A DNA stretch of 60,572 nucleotides, counting the filler, from Sphacelaria rigidula (lineage: Eukaryota), in assembly GCA_964200075.2 (NCBI GenBank). It is 10 parts of 10 records of this genome, joined end to end, with 100 filler letters (N's around TTAATTAATTAA, not from the genome) between each part and the next. Parts side by side here need not be neighbours in the genome. Positions count along the whole stretch, not along the records: positions 1 to 5,968 come from CAXNAA020023128.1; positions 6,069 to 12,036 come from CAXNAA020023129.1; 8 more parts are not named here. One strand, written 5' to 3'. Position 1 is the first letter of the stretch. Each line of letters begins with the position of its first letter. The notes under the pieces were generated by a model. That model saw only the letters and a program-made list of their open reading frames with translations, had not been told where the DNA came from and searched no databases. Positions 1 through 12,136 of the stretch are shown here, piece after piece. The position numbers were made by a program, and so were the translations under genes.

Positions 1-1756
1 GCGAACGAGCGGGTGTGGTTGGGGGAGGGGGGGGGGGGGGTGGGGGGGGGGGGGGGGGGGGGGGGTTAAATGGAACACCTCAACTCGAAGTCAAATCAAG
101 GGATACAATACAAGCACATGGCACGCCGCCCTGAGCTGACAGCCCAAACACCCCTAGTCAACACACACCGTTATGGCGTCAGCTGTGACGGTAGTGGCAG
201 CGGCAGGAACAGCCTCCGTCGTCACGCCTAAGAGTAAGCGGAGCAACAAGGGCAAAGGTACAACGGCGCTGGCAGAGAGAAGAAAACAAACAATCCGCCC
301 GGCTGTGGTCGAAGAGCAGAAAGCGCCCTGTCGCAATTTGTCGTGGCTAGCCATCGTGCTAAACGGGGGACAGGCAAAGACACAACAAGTACGCGGGCTG
401 CCGAAAAAAATGAAATAATTCAACAGACGTTTGCCACGCGCATCCATACAAGTTCATGTTCCTTGTGGGCGAAAACCCAACCTAGGACAAGAGGAAGGAA
501 GACGAACACGCGACGCCCATCAACACATCAACGACCATTTTCCTCAAAACTAGTACGGTGCGATATTGTTCAAGCATCTTCGCCCACCCGCAACGAGGAG
601 TAATACTGTTCTCACCTAGCTGTGTCTGGCGAGCAGCAAAAACTACTGCTAAGTGCTGTTCGCACCAAACCAACCACACCGGGTTGCACAGAGAAGCCAT
701 ACCCGAATCCATCAACCGGGTACTCCTGGTCAAACAAAGGAACAAAAAACAAGCGTACCGGCCACAGCGTACTGCTCTGCACCATGCACGTGATCTCCTA
801 GTGCGGCCGGGGAAACTCAGCGACACAACACCCATCTACAGTTCGACACATATAACAAGGGTACTACACCCGACGAAACTCTCGCAGTTTCTTTCAACTG
901 CTCACCTGAGGCTAGAGTCTTCCCCACCGCCTGCACACCCGTGTACGTTTGCACGCTTGTTTTTCTCGAGCACGGGCGACGAAAAAAAAAAAAACGCCTC
1001 GCAACTCGTTCCTGTTACCCGTATTGTTCCAACTTTGCATGTGGCCGTCTCAACTTCGTCTCCCGCATTCCCCCCCCGTCCTCCTGCCCTATTTCACCGC
1101 TGCTTCTACCTGATCGTGATCGTGAGGTTCGCGAATCCCATGTTTGCACTGAAGGTGCGGTAATTCGCGCGCGCGGGGGGGGTGTTCACGTGCAAAAATC
1201 GCCTCGTCCAAACACGTTTCCGACGCCGGGCCATTGGACAGGTTCCTTCATGCATCATCGAGCCGCACCGTTTACTGTTTATGCCGCATACACTATCGGA
1301 AGACATGTGGCGCATGCACATCATTTACTCACCATTGTTCAATATTTATATCACTATTCAACATTTTTAGAACAAATGTACATGTCGCGCATCGCATATA
1401 ATTCATCCACGACATCGACCGCGCGCGTAAAGGAGCATCATGGCACGTGGTCGGTCACGATGCTGCCTGGACTGACACAATCAAAAATAGCATCGCACCC
1501 ATCGTTGAAAAAAAGATCAGAAGACAGATCACAGCGGCTACACCTGCGGGATCACCCGAAAAAGCAGACAACACCGCGCACTCCATACATATCCCAAACC
1601 ACAGCATCCGACTGCAACAAACGAACAACTCTCCTCCTCCTCCTCCTCCTCGTCTCAAAAATCGATCGACAACGATCATAGAAATCACGAAACACACACG
1701 TACGCAGACCCGGAAAAGCGTAGCAAAAAACCAAGAGCGTTTCGTTCTGTACCACG

Positions 1757-4500
1757 TCAATCGATCTCGCTACGGTCAGACGTCTCAGCCACGCTGCGCA
1801 GTCTTGAATCCGTGCTCGCCAACGACACAGCATCAAACATTGTCCTTCCCCGTGCACCCAATATTCCCCTGCCGCTTGACGCGCTAACACCCTCGTATCC
1901 CTCGGACGACGAGCTATCCGCAATCACCACCCCCCCAGCACGGTTGCCTCTTTCTCTGTAATCTTGCACTGAAAGTACCAGAGAGTCCAGCGGTGCAGGA
2001 GGCAGCACACGCGCAGGTTGAAAAGGTTTCTTGCCTTTCATGCCACCTCCCCCGTCGCCGTTCGTCGCACCCGTCGGCGGGAGGTCGCTCATCGGGGGGA
2101 AACTCCGGGAGCCGGGACCTCCCAGGGCGGGTCCCAGCCAGCTATTCACTGGCGATTTCATCGCAGACGACGAACGTGGGGTTGTGGGCGCCGACGAATT
2201 CGTGGAAATATCCACCGAGTGCTGGCTACGGTGGTGCCAAGCCTTATCTACCGGGTGTGCGCCGGCTGCGCCACCTGCCCTGCTGTTCCTCGTGAACGCT
2301 TGCTCGCCGCCGCGTTTGCGTGCGGTGGCCCCGGTATCGTCCACTCGTTCCGGCTCTTGGCGACGAACATCACCCACCGGCATTGTTTCGGTGGCTGCCA
2401 CCGGCGCGGCCGCCCCCCATCCAAAACTGTCGGGGGGCCTTTTGTCCACCTTGGTCCCCGCCGATGCCGCCGCCGCCGCCTGAGTCGTTGTTGTGGTCTT
2501 TCTCAAGTCGAACTGGTCACTCTGGGGACGCTGCTGGTGGTGGTTCGGAATGGCCCAATTTTGCGTTCCCGGCCTCCGCCATTCTACCCCGGGTGTCCTT
2601 CGCCCACCACCGGTGCTGCTAGCAAGACGATTGTCGGCTTTTTCTTCTGTCATGGCATCACGAGAAGCAAGAGAAAACGTTTTGGTCGCACTCGGCATAC
2701 TCGAAAATACGACCTCCGCGTACGAGGGAGCCGCGTTGCCCATCTTTGGAGAGGTGCTCACCACTTCCTCGTAAGAAGGAGCCTGGGGCGGTGGCGGGGG
2801 CTTGGCAGCCCGCGGCCGAACAGGTGCCAGTTGTCCCGACGATTGTTCGTCGGCCGGCAGCGACCACGACCGCGCGATCTTCTCCCCTACCAAATCGCTA
2901 GCAGTATGCGGGTAGTCGATTGTTTTGCTCCTCCGGTAGTCGCCGTGCGGCGCAGCCGCCGCCACCGCTTTTGTTGCCTCAGGCCCGTTACAACTGCGCA
3001 CTAGTCGCGTCACCTCAATGTGCTGTGATTGTTCTAGCTGTTGTTGATAATCGATATGTGACGACGCCGACCCCGCAACAGGAGCGCTGGCATACGCGCC
3101 CTCTCCAATCGTCGGCTCCTGCTGCTGTCGCGGCCCTACCGCCCTAGCTTGAGCTGAACGCGACCACATCGGGACGCTACGTTCGCCGCCGCGGCCACTG
3201 TCTGTCGTAGGTCTAATTTGCCACGGTTTCCTCGTACTCGCTGCTTGCTCCTTAGCTGCTGACCCGGCGGGCCTTCCCTCGCCGGTATTTTGACCGCGAG
3301 GGCCGATAGGTCGCGGCGCTCCGGACGCGTGACGGTCACCGTTGCTCGCGAAGCTTGGGACGCTCCCCGCGACACGCTGACCTGCTGTTACGGTTGCCGA
3401 AAGTCGGACATACGGAGAATCGTCGACGTAACTGTGTGAAGTCGGCGGTAAACTCACTGAGTGTGACCACGATCTCTTGGCACGCTCGTCGGACGATTCT
3501 TGCCCGGCAATGCCATGGGGCCCGTCCTTGTCCTCGCCGTTGCCTCGGCTGAAAGCCATGGCACTCCCTATAATCGCGTCCTGGGAACGACTGCCGACGA
3601 TCTTGCGGCTCATGCGGAGCCGCTCGCTGCCTGCGACGCCAGAATTCTGGAGCTCATCGGTTTCTCCAGCAAACTTACCACCACCAGCACCACTAGAGGC
3701 AGAGTCGCGCCCGGTGCTTGCCCTCGAGTCAGAAACACCGCCGCCGCCAGCGGCAACAACTGCAGCAGCAAGAACGGCTGAACCTCGCTGCGTTCCACCC
3801 ACGCTAGCATAATTACGCTCGAAATATCCTTCAACACCTCGACTTTCACCAGCATCTACCGGTATCGGCTCAATCCCTCCAGTACTAGCATAGAACTTTC
3901 CCACTTGATGTCCACGGATCTGAGGAGACCCTTGAGCGGCGTTTCGATTCCTGTAGGGTGTGACCGGTGCCGACTGAAGCGCCTCAACCGGCCCAGCTGA
4001 AGAAGCCCCATGTACGGCGGAGGACCGATCCGACAGCCTCGACCCGGCGACCTCGACCCGATCCTCGCGGGCAGCCGATGGCGACTGCGAATGTTTCTTT
4101 CGCTTCTGTCTGGTCCCAGTCACATTTTTCCCTCCATGAGGCGGCCATGCTTGGCGCAGAGCAACGGCGGTCGAAGCGCTGGTGCTTGTAGAGGACGGGA
4201 GAGACTCTTGGCCGGGCGAGGTACACCGTAGCTCAGACTCGAGAGCAGCTGATCCGGTGGTGGCGCTGGCGGCGCTGCCGCCGTTGTTCGACGGATGAGA
4301 CGGCGGCTTGGCCGGTTTGAGCCTACCTGCCATGGATTGGGAGAGGGCTGGACCGTAGCCCCGACCACGCGGGGAAGAGCACGTGGTCGTCACGAGCTCG
4401 CAGCTCAGCTTGACTACTTGCTTGTTTTCGATTGGTTTGGGGATACCTGTTTCACCGACGATTGTGGAGGATGACCGTTGCTCCTCGTCGGTGGTACTCG
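1757..4500 (-). CDS. Large terminal exon (~914 codons) of a low-complexity, probably disordered protein of unknown function
   Basis: 878-aa ORF 1757-4393 stays open upstream to a pyrimidine-rich ...CCGCAG acceptor (AG at 4502-4501). TGA stop at 1759-1757. S/A/G/P/R-rich, no recognisable domain. Confidence 0.8.
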
Positions 4501-4737
4501 CTGCGGTGGCAGGAGTAGGACCGATCAGGGTGCGGGGGGGGGGGCGGGAGGTTTGACAAAAGGAGGAGGAAAGAGGGCTTCTGTTCAGTGCACAACACAG
4601 CGCTTCGTCCTTCTGCTCACAGTCGTGTTAGCTTGTCGCACAAGCTCTACTATATGAATTCATGAAACCTCTTCCACAAGTCTCGTGATTTGGATCATGA
4701 CCTTGGTCTGTCTCACATCTTTCGGGCCTACCTGCCA

Positions 4738-5063
4738 CGTCTCCTGTAGGGTGTACCCATGATCTTGCATGCCAAAGTCATATCAACATTGATCTCGAAT
4801 CCCTTCAAAGCCGTGACGGAGCACGCCGGGTTTTCGCCGGACCAGGCTCACAATCAAAAGACAAGCGCGGAGCGCCCTGATGTGTTCAGCGAGTCGCATG
4901 AAGGGTGAGTCGCATCCTGCTAAGCTTGCTTCAAGCCTACTGGTTATCTTGCATTTGGATGACAGCCTCGAATGAGCTGCTTCATTTTCTGGTATCGCCA
5001 CTTCCAGAGACACCCACGACTTACACTGCCTCATGGGGTGTCTCACCGTCTCCTGTAGGGGGG
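4738..5063 (+). mobile_element. ~310-bp non-coding interspersed repeat bounded by G-runs (family A)
   Basis: Core GGAGCACGCCGGGTTTTCGCCGGACCAGGCTC recurs at 5205-5560(-), 23672-23900, 24100-24160 (partial), 46962-47285(-) and 48305-48438. End fragments at 36248-36304 and 36405-36548. Confidence 0.8.
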
Positions 5064-5204
5064 TAGAGGTTCACTTCACTGGTAAGTCAACTATTGGCGC
5101 ACGTGATAGTCGAAGTTTGATTTTGTTTTTTTCGACGCATCACTAGATTAGAGTGCCAGAATTTGCTCTCTTGGGCTCACGCTCTCCACGCCGTGGAATC
5201 ACTC

Positions 5205-5560
5205 TCCCGCCCCCCTCTCCCCATTACGCAGTGTGTAACCCGTCGCTGTCGCTGAAAGTGACGATACCAGAAAATGAAGCAGCTCAGTGCAGGCTGTCAT
5301 CCATATGCAAAATAATCAGTGCGCCTCGGGCCAAACAATCTTGGCAGGATGCAGGTCGCCGTACATGCAACTCGCCGAACACATGACGGCGCTTCGCGCA
5401 TGGTGATTACGAGCCTGGTCCGGCGGAAACCCGGCGTGCTCCGTCCCGGCTTCGTGGGGATGCGAGTTCAACGGTCTCATGGCTACCGCATGCAAGATCT
5501 CATGGCTACCGCATGCAAGATCATCAGCACCTCCCCTCCCCCCCCCATCTCCCCCGTAGA
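5205..5560 (-). mobile_element. Family A repeat, inverted copy
   Basis: Reverse complement of 4750-5050. Has an internal 23-bp tandem duplication CTCATGGCTACCGCATGCAAGAT. Confidence 0.8.
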
Positions 5561-5968
5561 GGGAACAAGGGTTGGTTCAAAGTATGTAGCAACAGATGAT
5601 CAAGCCAGGTGTAAAATTCTCGGCGCAAGTGAGTCCCCCGAAACCATGACTTGCATAGTACCTGATGAGAAATCAAAATACATAACATGCCCAGCGCCGA
5701 CGCATGGTGGGGGGGGAGGAGGCAACCAAGGCCATGATATTGTGTCTGTGTGAGATGAATACGTTATAAGGTGTGCTGAGGTGTGCTGATTGAGCGTCGC
5801 CACGAATATCGAGGTTTTGGGTACAACCTTCATGGTCATCATCTCTACCAGCAGCAGCAACAATGGATGAAAGTGCCGTGCGGTCTTTCCAACGGCTACA
5901 AGCTGAGTCAGCTTAAAAGCTGCTAAAACTTGCTCACACCACAGCTTCCCCAGTTTCCCGAATGAACC

Positions 5969-6068
5969 NNNNNNNNNNNNNNNNNNNNNNNNNNNNNNNN
6001 NNNNNNNNNNNNTTAATTAATTAANNNNNNNNNNNNNNNNNNNNNNNNNNNNNNNNNNNNNNNNNNNN
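5969..6068. other. Artificial contig linker
   Basis: 44 N + TTAATTAATTAA (stops in all six frames) + 44 N. Confidence 0.98.
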
Positions 6069-6499
6069 CTTCCCCTTGATATGGCAATTAATACGATATG
6101 CGCATCACGGCCCAACTCGTCTGTGTCGATGAGATATTGCTTTTAGAGCTGAAATCCGTTTTTGGCTGGCCCAGCTCGTAGTGTCCTTAGCAGGTAATTT
6201 TTTCAAGCAAGTAAGACTGTACATTTCTTCACAAATATGATCGGGACAGACTCGATCGACCGAAAATACCGAAGAGTAGGACTCTGGGCTAAAACGTGGC
6301 AGGACCCCCAGTGACTGGTCGGCCCATAAGTCACTCAATATTGAGTACATACGATTTTTTTGTTTCTGGACTGTGAAGCGGATACAAATATCTTCAGATC
6401 CCCAATGTGATAACGGTGGCGAGCGAAAAGAGCCCAGAAAATCGCCAATTACAAAAATTATCGATTTACCACAAAATGAATGGTCAGACCGCCCACTAC

Positions 6500-6913
6500 T
6501 GTACAAAAATTACAGAACTTGTCGGGTACGGTATGGGAGGCAGAAAATTGTTCCGGCAATCGGGTATTTCTCCAAGGGTATAGCCGCGCTCCGGGTACGG
6601 GCAACTGTACAGAACTCACATAACTGTCGGGTAAGGGTATGGGAGGCGTACAAATCTCACAGAAACTGCCGGGTAGGGTATGGAGGCTGCACAGAAAACC
6701 GTACCCACAACCGGGTATTTTATCAAGAGCATACCCGTGCCCCCGGTAACGTTACGGGAGGCTTACAGAACTCACAAAATTATCGGGTATGGGTATAAAG
6801 TCTTACGTTGTGTGTAGAACTGTCTGGTACCGGTATGAAGGTGTCGGGTACGGTAAATACCCGGGAAAATACCCGGGGTATACAGAAAACCGCACCCTAC
6901 AGAACACAACCTT
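6500..6913. mobile_element. Non-autonomous DNA-transposon fragment rich in CGGGTA/TACCCG motifs
   Basis: Repeated TCGGGTA(C/A/T)GGTATG and CAGAAC motifs, no credible ORF. Resembles subterminal transposase-binding arrays. Confidence 0.5.
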
Positions 6914-7738
6914 TATTTAACCAACTAGTCATGATGGGTAGATTTTCCCGGTACGATCTAAGCAGCACACAAGCCAAAAATCGGCTGAATTTTGTCGATG
7001 GAACAATGTAGATCGCACGAGCACGCACACACAAGACAACAGCAGAAGCACGCCAATGCTGTGTTCAATAACAGCACGTCAATATAAATAAACTAATCAG
7101 CAACACGTCAATTGATGAAGTAATAATGATTGGTTGATTTTTTCGGTAGACTTGAGCAGCACACGAGCCAAAAATCGGCTGAAGTTTGCCGCCCTTCCTT
7201 TGTCGTCGAGGTCGTCGTCTTTAGAGCATTCCAGCGACACGGCAGCGTCGGCTGTATGTCCGTCACCTTCGGTGTTGCCCTGGCGCTGGGGAGGGCTCTC
7301 CGAGGTGTCGGTATCGCCTACAGCACGTGCTTTGCCCTTGCACGCTCCCCTCATTGTGTAAAGTTCCGTGGGACCCTCACTGTGCTGCTAGAGTGCGGCG
7401 CTACGTGGCGTGCGGTATGCTGTGTGCTGTGTACTGCCATGTATTCGTCGTTGCTAGCGTCTTTTCGAGAGTGGAGTCGATGACTAGACATATTCGTCGA
7501 TCAAAAGTTGCGTCGCAGGAAAAAGAAAAAACGTTGCACGACGCTAACACCTCTTTTCTTCCTGGAAAAAGTCAACTAGTCAAGGTTAATGACGTTATTT
7601 CGACTTGGTTGATTCAAGTTTATTAGTTGATGTATGTTAATCAACTAATCAGCGACGCGCTGATGTGATTTTTGATATAAATCAAATATTTTTTTTCATC
7701 AAAATCAACCCTGATTGATAAGTTGATATACAACCTTG
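6914..7738. mobile_element. Probable non-autonomous DNA element with AATCAAC/GTTGAT motifs
   Basis: Internal duplication AGCAGCACAC(A/G)AGCCAAAAATCGGCTGAA (~6960 and ~7155). Ends in CAACCTTG like the neighbouring element. Confidence 0.4.
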
Positions 7739-8364
7739 GCTACGAGTACTACAGACACAAGCAGGCAACACAGCACCTACACACCGAGCCCCGAAAAAAC
7801 ATGCGCAGACACCCACCTCTCACCCACATTAGTTCCAATGCTAGCCTTTGTTAATCTCCATACGGCAGTCTTCGTCTGATGGAAATCCGTGTTTACACAC
7901 GGGGTCCTTCTTTGACAGAAATCCGTCCCGAGTTGGAGGAAAAGCGGCCGCGTGCGTATCAAATTACAACCGAAAATGTGCGTTCTTGATCTTGTGCGCG
8001 TCAGTGCCGTATACTGTGCGCGCGTCTGACGCAAGTTATCGTTTCTCATTGAATTCTAACACTTTGAGCAAGGTCACGCACAACCTACTCGGCTGATGAG
8101 CAACTACGGCTCGAGCTGTGTCTGTTTTTTGCTTGCGAGGCCTTGGGTTCACGTCTGATTGTGTTGGGCATTGTGGCATGTCTATGCATTTTTCTTTTTT
8201 GTCCTTGAAGGAAGGAGGAAACCTCATTCAACACTTATCCCGCAAGTGGACTCGTGTGCCAATTAGCCGGAGGCTCGGCGATACATTTCCATGCGCCCCT
8301 GTCAATTATCAACGGGACAGCTGTTCGAGTTCCCGCTTAGCTTACACCCGGAATCCCCTTGTAA

Positions 8365-8703
8365 CCCTTAGACAGCGAGCGTCGCCTCGGAACGATTTCA
8401 CAGGCTGACAGTCCGGAGGCATCCGAGGGTCAGCAGCATGCAGTAGACTGTGTTCAGTGGGGGGCGATGGCACGCTCACTGTCGCTTGCCAGCGAAGACA
8501 GACACCACACATACATGCCGACGCTGCACGCAATTGACTGCAGGGTCAAAATTGGTTAGGGGTTCTCCGGTACTATTTTCTGTATAGATGCCAAACATCT
8601 ACATGTTCATGAAAAAGGCGTTTTGTGTAGCGAGAAAAGAGCTATTCTGAATCCCAAATGTGGCATAGTCCAACTCAGTCCACCTGCGGGGGGTCGATGT
8701 CTA
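8365..8703 (+). mobile_element. piggyBac-like MITE
   Basis: Starts gtaa|CCCTTAGACAGCGA and ends TCGATGTCTA (truncated inverted terminus). Near-identical inverted copy at 9253-9535. Confidence 0.65.
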
Positions 8704-9252
8704 CCGGTTCAAATGATATTTTTTGGGTCGCGTTTTTTGGAGGGTGGTACTGCAGCGGCAAACGTTACCCGGAGGATGGATGGATTCCTCCGCCGGACGT
8801 GTCTGCTTCGGAGGGGATCGGGAACAAGCCAATTCTGAGCGGATATCCGGGTAATACAGAGCGGAACACCTCTCTACATACGGCGTAGTATGCACGAATA
8901 ACTACAGACTGTTGTATTGCCTGCACTGTTCAGCAACAAAGCCTTCGAGTTCAGTTGTGTATGTTGACCACATGCATGCATGGAAGTACAACATGTTAGC
9001 ACGATCATTGCTCCTGTACTACTACTTTTTTGTATTGTTGATCATTTTGAGACGGCAGTGCTAGTGGCCCTGCCGTGTGAACGAATAACTGCAGGTTGTG
9101 CTTCACTGTAGTGCTGTAATGTATGTCATGCGAGCATTTTCGTGGCAACAGCCTTCTTATGTAGGGGTTGTGTGTCCGCCATAAACAGTCATTCCGAACC
9201 TCCGGCTGAAAAAACGAATAAAAAAGCTAGGTGCAGGATGGCGGGCGCTTAA

Positions 9253-9535
9253 CCCTTAGACAGCGACCCCCCCGCAGGTGGACTGAGTTGGACTATGCCA
9301 CATTTGGGATTCAGAATAGCTCTTTTCTCGCTACACAAAACGCCTTTTTCATGAACATGTGGATGTTTGGCATCTATATGGAAAATAGAGCCGGACAACC
9401 CCTGACCAATTTTGACCCTGCAGTCATTTGCGTGCAGCGTCGGCATGTACGTGTGGTGTTTGTCTTCGCTGGCGAGAGACAGTGAGCGTGCCATCGCCCC
9501 CCACTGAACACAGTCTACTGCATGTTGCTGACGTC
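9253..9535 (-). mobile_element. piggyBac-like MITE, inverted partial copy
   Basis: TTAA (9249-9252) followed by CCCTTAGACAGCGA. Reverse complement of ~8430-8703. Confidence 0.7.
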
Positions 9536-10752
9536 AGCAGTCTTTGAACAAGCAACGGCAGAACAGAGGTCGCCGATCAATTGTAGCCGTCGAAAATGTC
9601 AGATGACACGCATCACTAAGCCGACCGTGGCACTTCGGATCGCTGTGGTGCGTGAGTGCTCTTGACACTTGATATTCCCCGCGTGGCTACTGGTCGCGGT
9701 GGTCGACGCCGTACTTTCGAGTCTCTTTGGACATACGGAGGCACCCGCGAAACACCGCAGCTGCGAGCATCGCTTTTTCTATTTTTGCTAGCTCGCGCTG
9801 ACTGGCCGTGCCAAGACGGGTGTGTGATCGGCGTTCGATGTCGGTAGAACGGAGCATGGTAGGCCGGTCTGTTGTCGGTGTGGATCATATTCCTCCCTCT
9901 GTTGCGGTCAATCCTGCGTTAACACTATTTCTAAAAGACCGCCACAAGGCGCCGACCGCACGGAACAGGCAAAAACACACCTGACGGTACAGCCAGCGCA
10001 GCAGAGTTACACTGTACAATACCTACCCAAGAGCGACCCTAAAAAGTAGTGCAGCCGGTTCCGCCTGGAGACAGAAGCAGCGCCCGCCACAAGGAACCGC
10101 AGTGTACTCGATGCTGTAGATGATGCTATGTGCAAGTGTTACTCGTTACCTTGAAGGTGACAGCAATGAACGTGACCGTACGTGGATGGAGAGTAGCTTT
10201 TGTATTGCAGGAGTGAGCAAACGACGAAACAGAGAGTCTGGCAGTTCCTTTCCTATGTTTTTTTGTTTTTCCAGACCCCTGCAATACAAAATCGTCTTGG
10301 TAGCATATTTGCGCGCATAGAGTTAAGACGACCTCCCTTACACTGCTTCATCCCAGCTTTTCTTCACCAGTGTATTTTTGCTTTATTTGTTGATGGTTTT
10401 CGGGGACCGAGTGAGTTCGTGTCTTATTGATGAAACGTTCGATCAAATACCGAAGAAGAAAGCACGAGGAAGAAAAAGAAAAGAGAGTCGAAGGAAAGGA
10501 GAAGAGGGAGACAAGAAAAACAACGGTCCCGATGAAAGTGGTACTGATAATAATAATAATCCAGAAATGGCAAGCGCCTGCCCTATAGCTTCAGATGAAG
10601 GTCATTCGCAGGAAAAAGAAAGGAGCACAAACACATACGAAACAAATATGAAATGCTGTGGGAACAGGTACCGGCTCAGGTATTTGGGAACCGCACGCCA
10701 ACAATTAGGCATACTGTGTACTCTCACCCATGGTACATTTTTTAACAATTAT

Positions 10753-10890
10753 CATACCCTAGACAATAGAATACACAGTCAAAAAGTGCACTGCGTACAG
10801 TATCGACTATTGCGCCTATTGCAATAGACAATATATTCCATACTGTACGCAGTACACTTCTCGGCAGAAGAATCTATTGTCCAGGGTGTG
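10753..10890. mobile_element. 138-bp MITE, CACACCCTGG-TIR family (hAT/P-like)
   Basis: TIRs CATACCCTAGACAATA / TATTGTCCAGGGTGTG. Flanks AACAATTAT / AACAATAT (imperfect TSD). Homologous to 19743-19880. Confidence 0.8.
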
Positions 10891-12036
10891 AACAATATCC
10901 CCCGAATATTTGTCCCACAAAAATCAAGAAAATGGCGTATCTCTCAGCCCACAAATCACAGTCATTTTTTTCTAAGCCCATAATTAAGGGAATGGTACTT
11001 CAATTTCGAGAAAATAGGCTGCCAGACGTCAACGGACTTCTGAAAATAAAGTTGGTTCAAGTGGTGGAACTACTTTCCTCAACTCGGAGCAAGGTTGTAG
11101 AGTGTGTTCGAGAGATTGGGAGGATTTGACTGCGAGTCAGAAAGGCCGAACTCATGTAGCGATTGAAAAGTGCCCGTGAGGGAACTCATTTGTCGAGTAA
11201 TTTTTCGACTGCAACCCGACCCTGTGTACTGTACGTAAATTCTGCAAGGACCATCATACTGCCTTAATTTATGGTGGTTTTCTGCAACTGCCCAAGTTGT
11301 TCCTACAAGGCCGAAGGGGGGGGGGTGGTGGGCCGGGGGAGGGAAAGGGAAATGATGGGGTGGTTGGACTGAGATGTTTACTGAGGAAACTAAATACCAC
11401 GAACAAAAAGACATCATATGATGGAAGAATTGCTGGGTGCACCGAAGCAGTGGCAGTGCGCAGCAAGCAAGGACCAACACTTAATTACACGAGGTGCAAA
11501 GGTAACAACAAGCAGCCCATATGCCCCTCGGTACGCTCATAGCTGCAGTGAGGGCTGGCGTTCTCTCGGTGCAAGGCCCTGCTTCTGGGTTGCGTAGCAT
11601 GTGCATAGGTCAGTGATCACGCACAAACCCCAATCGGATTTTGAATGTCTGCACACACCGGCGCAGCATGATAAAAGACAACACGCAGCGCTGCACGGTG
11701 CATGGCCGGCAGGTTTCTGCATCGTGACAGGGTCGAAACACTCTTGACGGCTGTCTTTCTGTCCTACCTGGACTCAATCCTGTTGCACTCTGTTGTGCGA
11801 GGCTGTCTATAATCCCGTTTCTGCGCTTACTCCGGATGGGCGTCGTGGGTTTTGCCCGCTTTGTAGCGTTGGAGGCGGTGCCGGATGAAGTTGACGAGCC
11901 CGATGTTTTGTGACGTGATGTAAGTCGGGGGTGCCTCTGGACCGATTGGGATTAAATACATAATAAAGGCGGGAAGACGAAGGCAGGCCGACCCGCAAGG
12001 CGCCTACAACATTGCATCTCTGACTACTGCTCATAC

Positions 12037-12136
12037 NNNNNNNNNNNNNNNNNNNNNNNNNNNNNNNNNNNNNNNNNNNNTTAATTAATTAANNNNNNNN
12101 NNNNNNNNNNNNNNNNNNNNNNNNNNNNNNNNNNNN
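12037..12136. other. Artificial contig linker
   Basis: 44 N + TTAATTAATTAA + 44 N. Confidence 0.98.

Noticed and set aside
154..1750. ORFs of 80-246 aa downstream of the large exon
   Set aside because: No domain signal, and they include homopolymer-derived runs. Probably 3' UTR or intergenic.
2018..3004. Long plus-strand ORFs here and at 18513-19331, 25604-26137, 28153-28800
   Set aside because: Antisense shadows of GC-rich minus-strand coding sequence.
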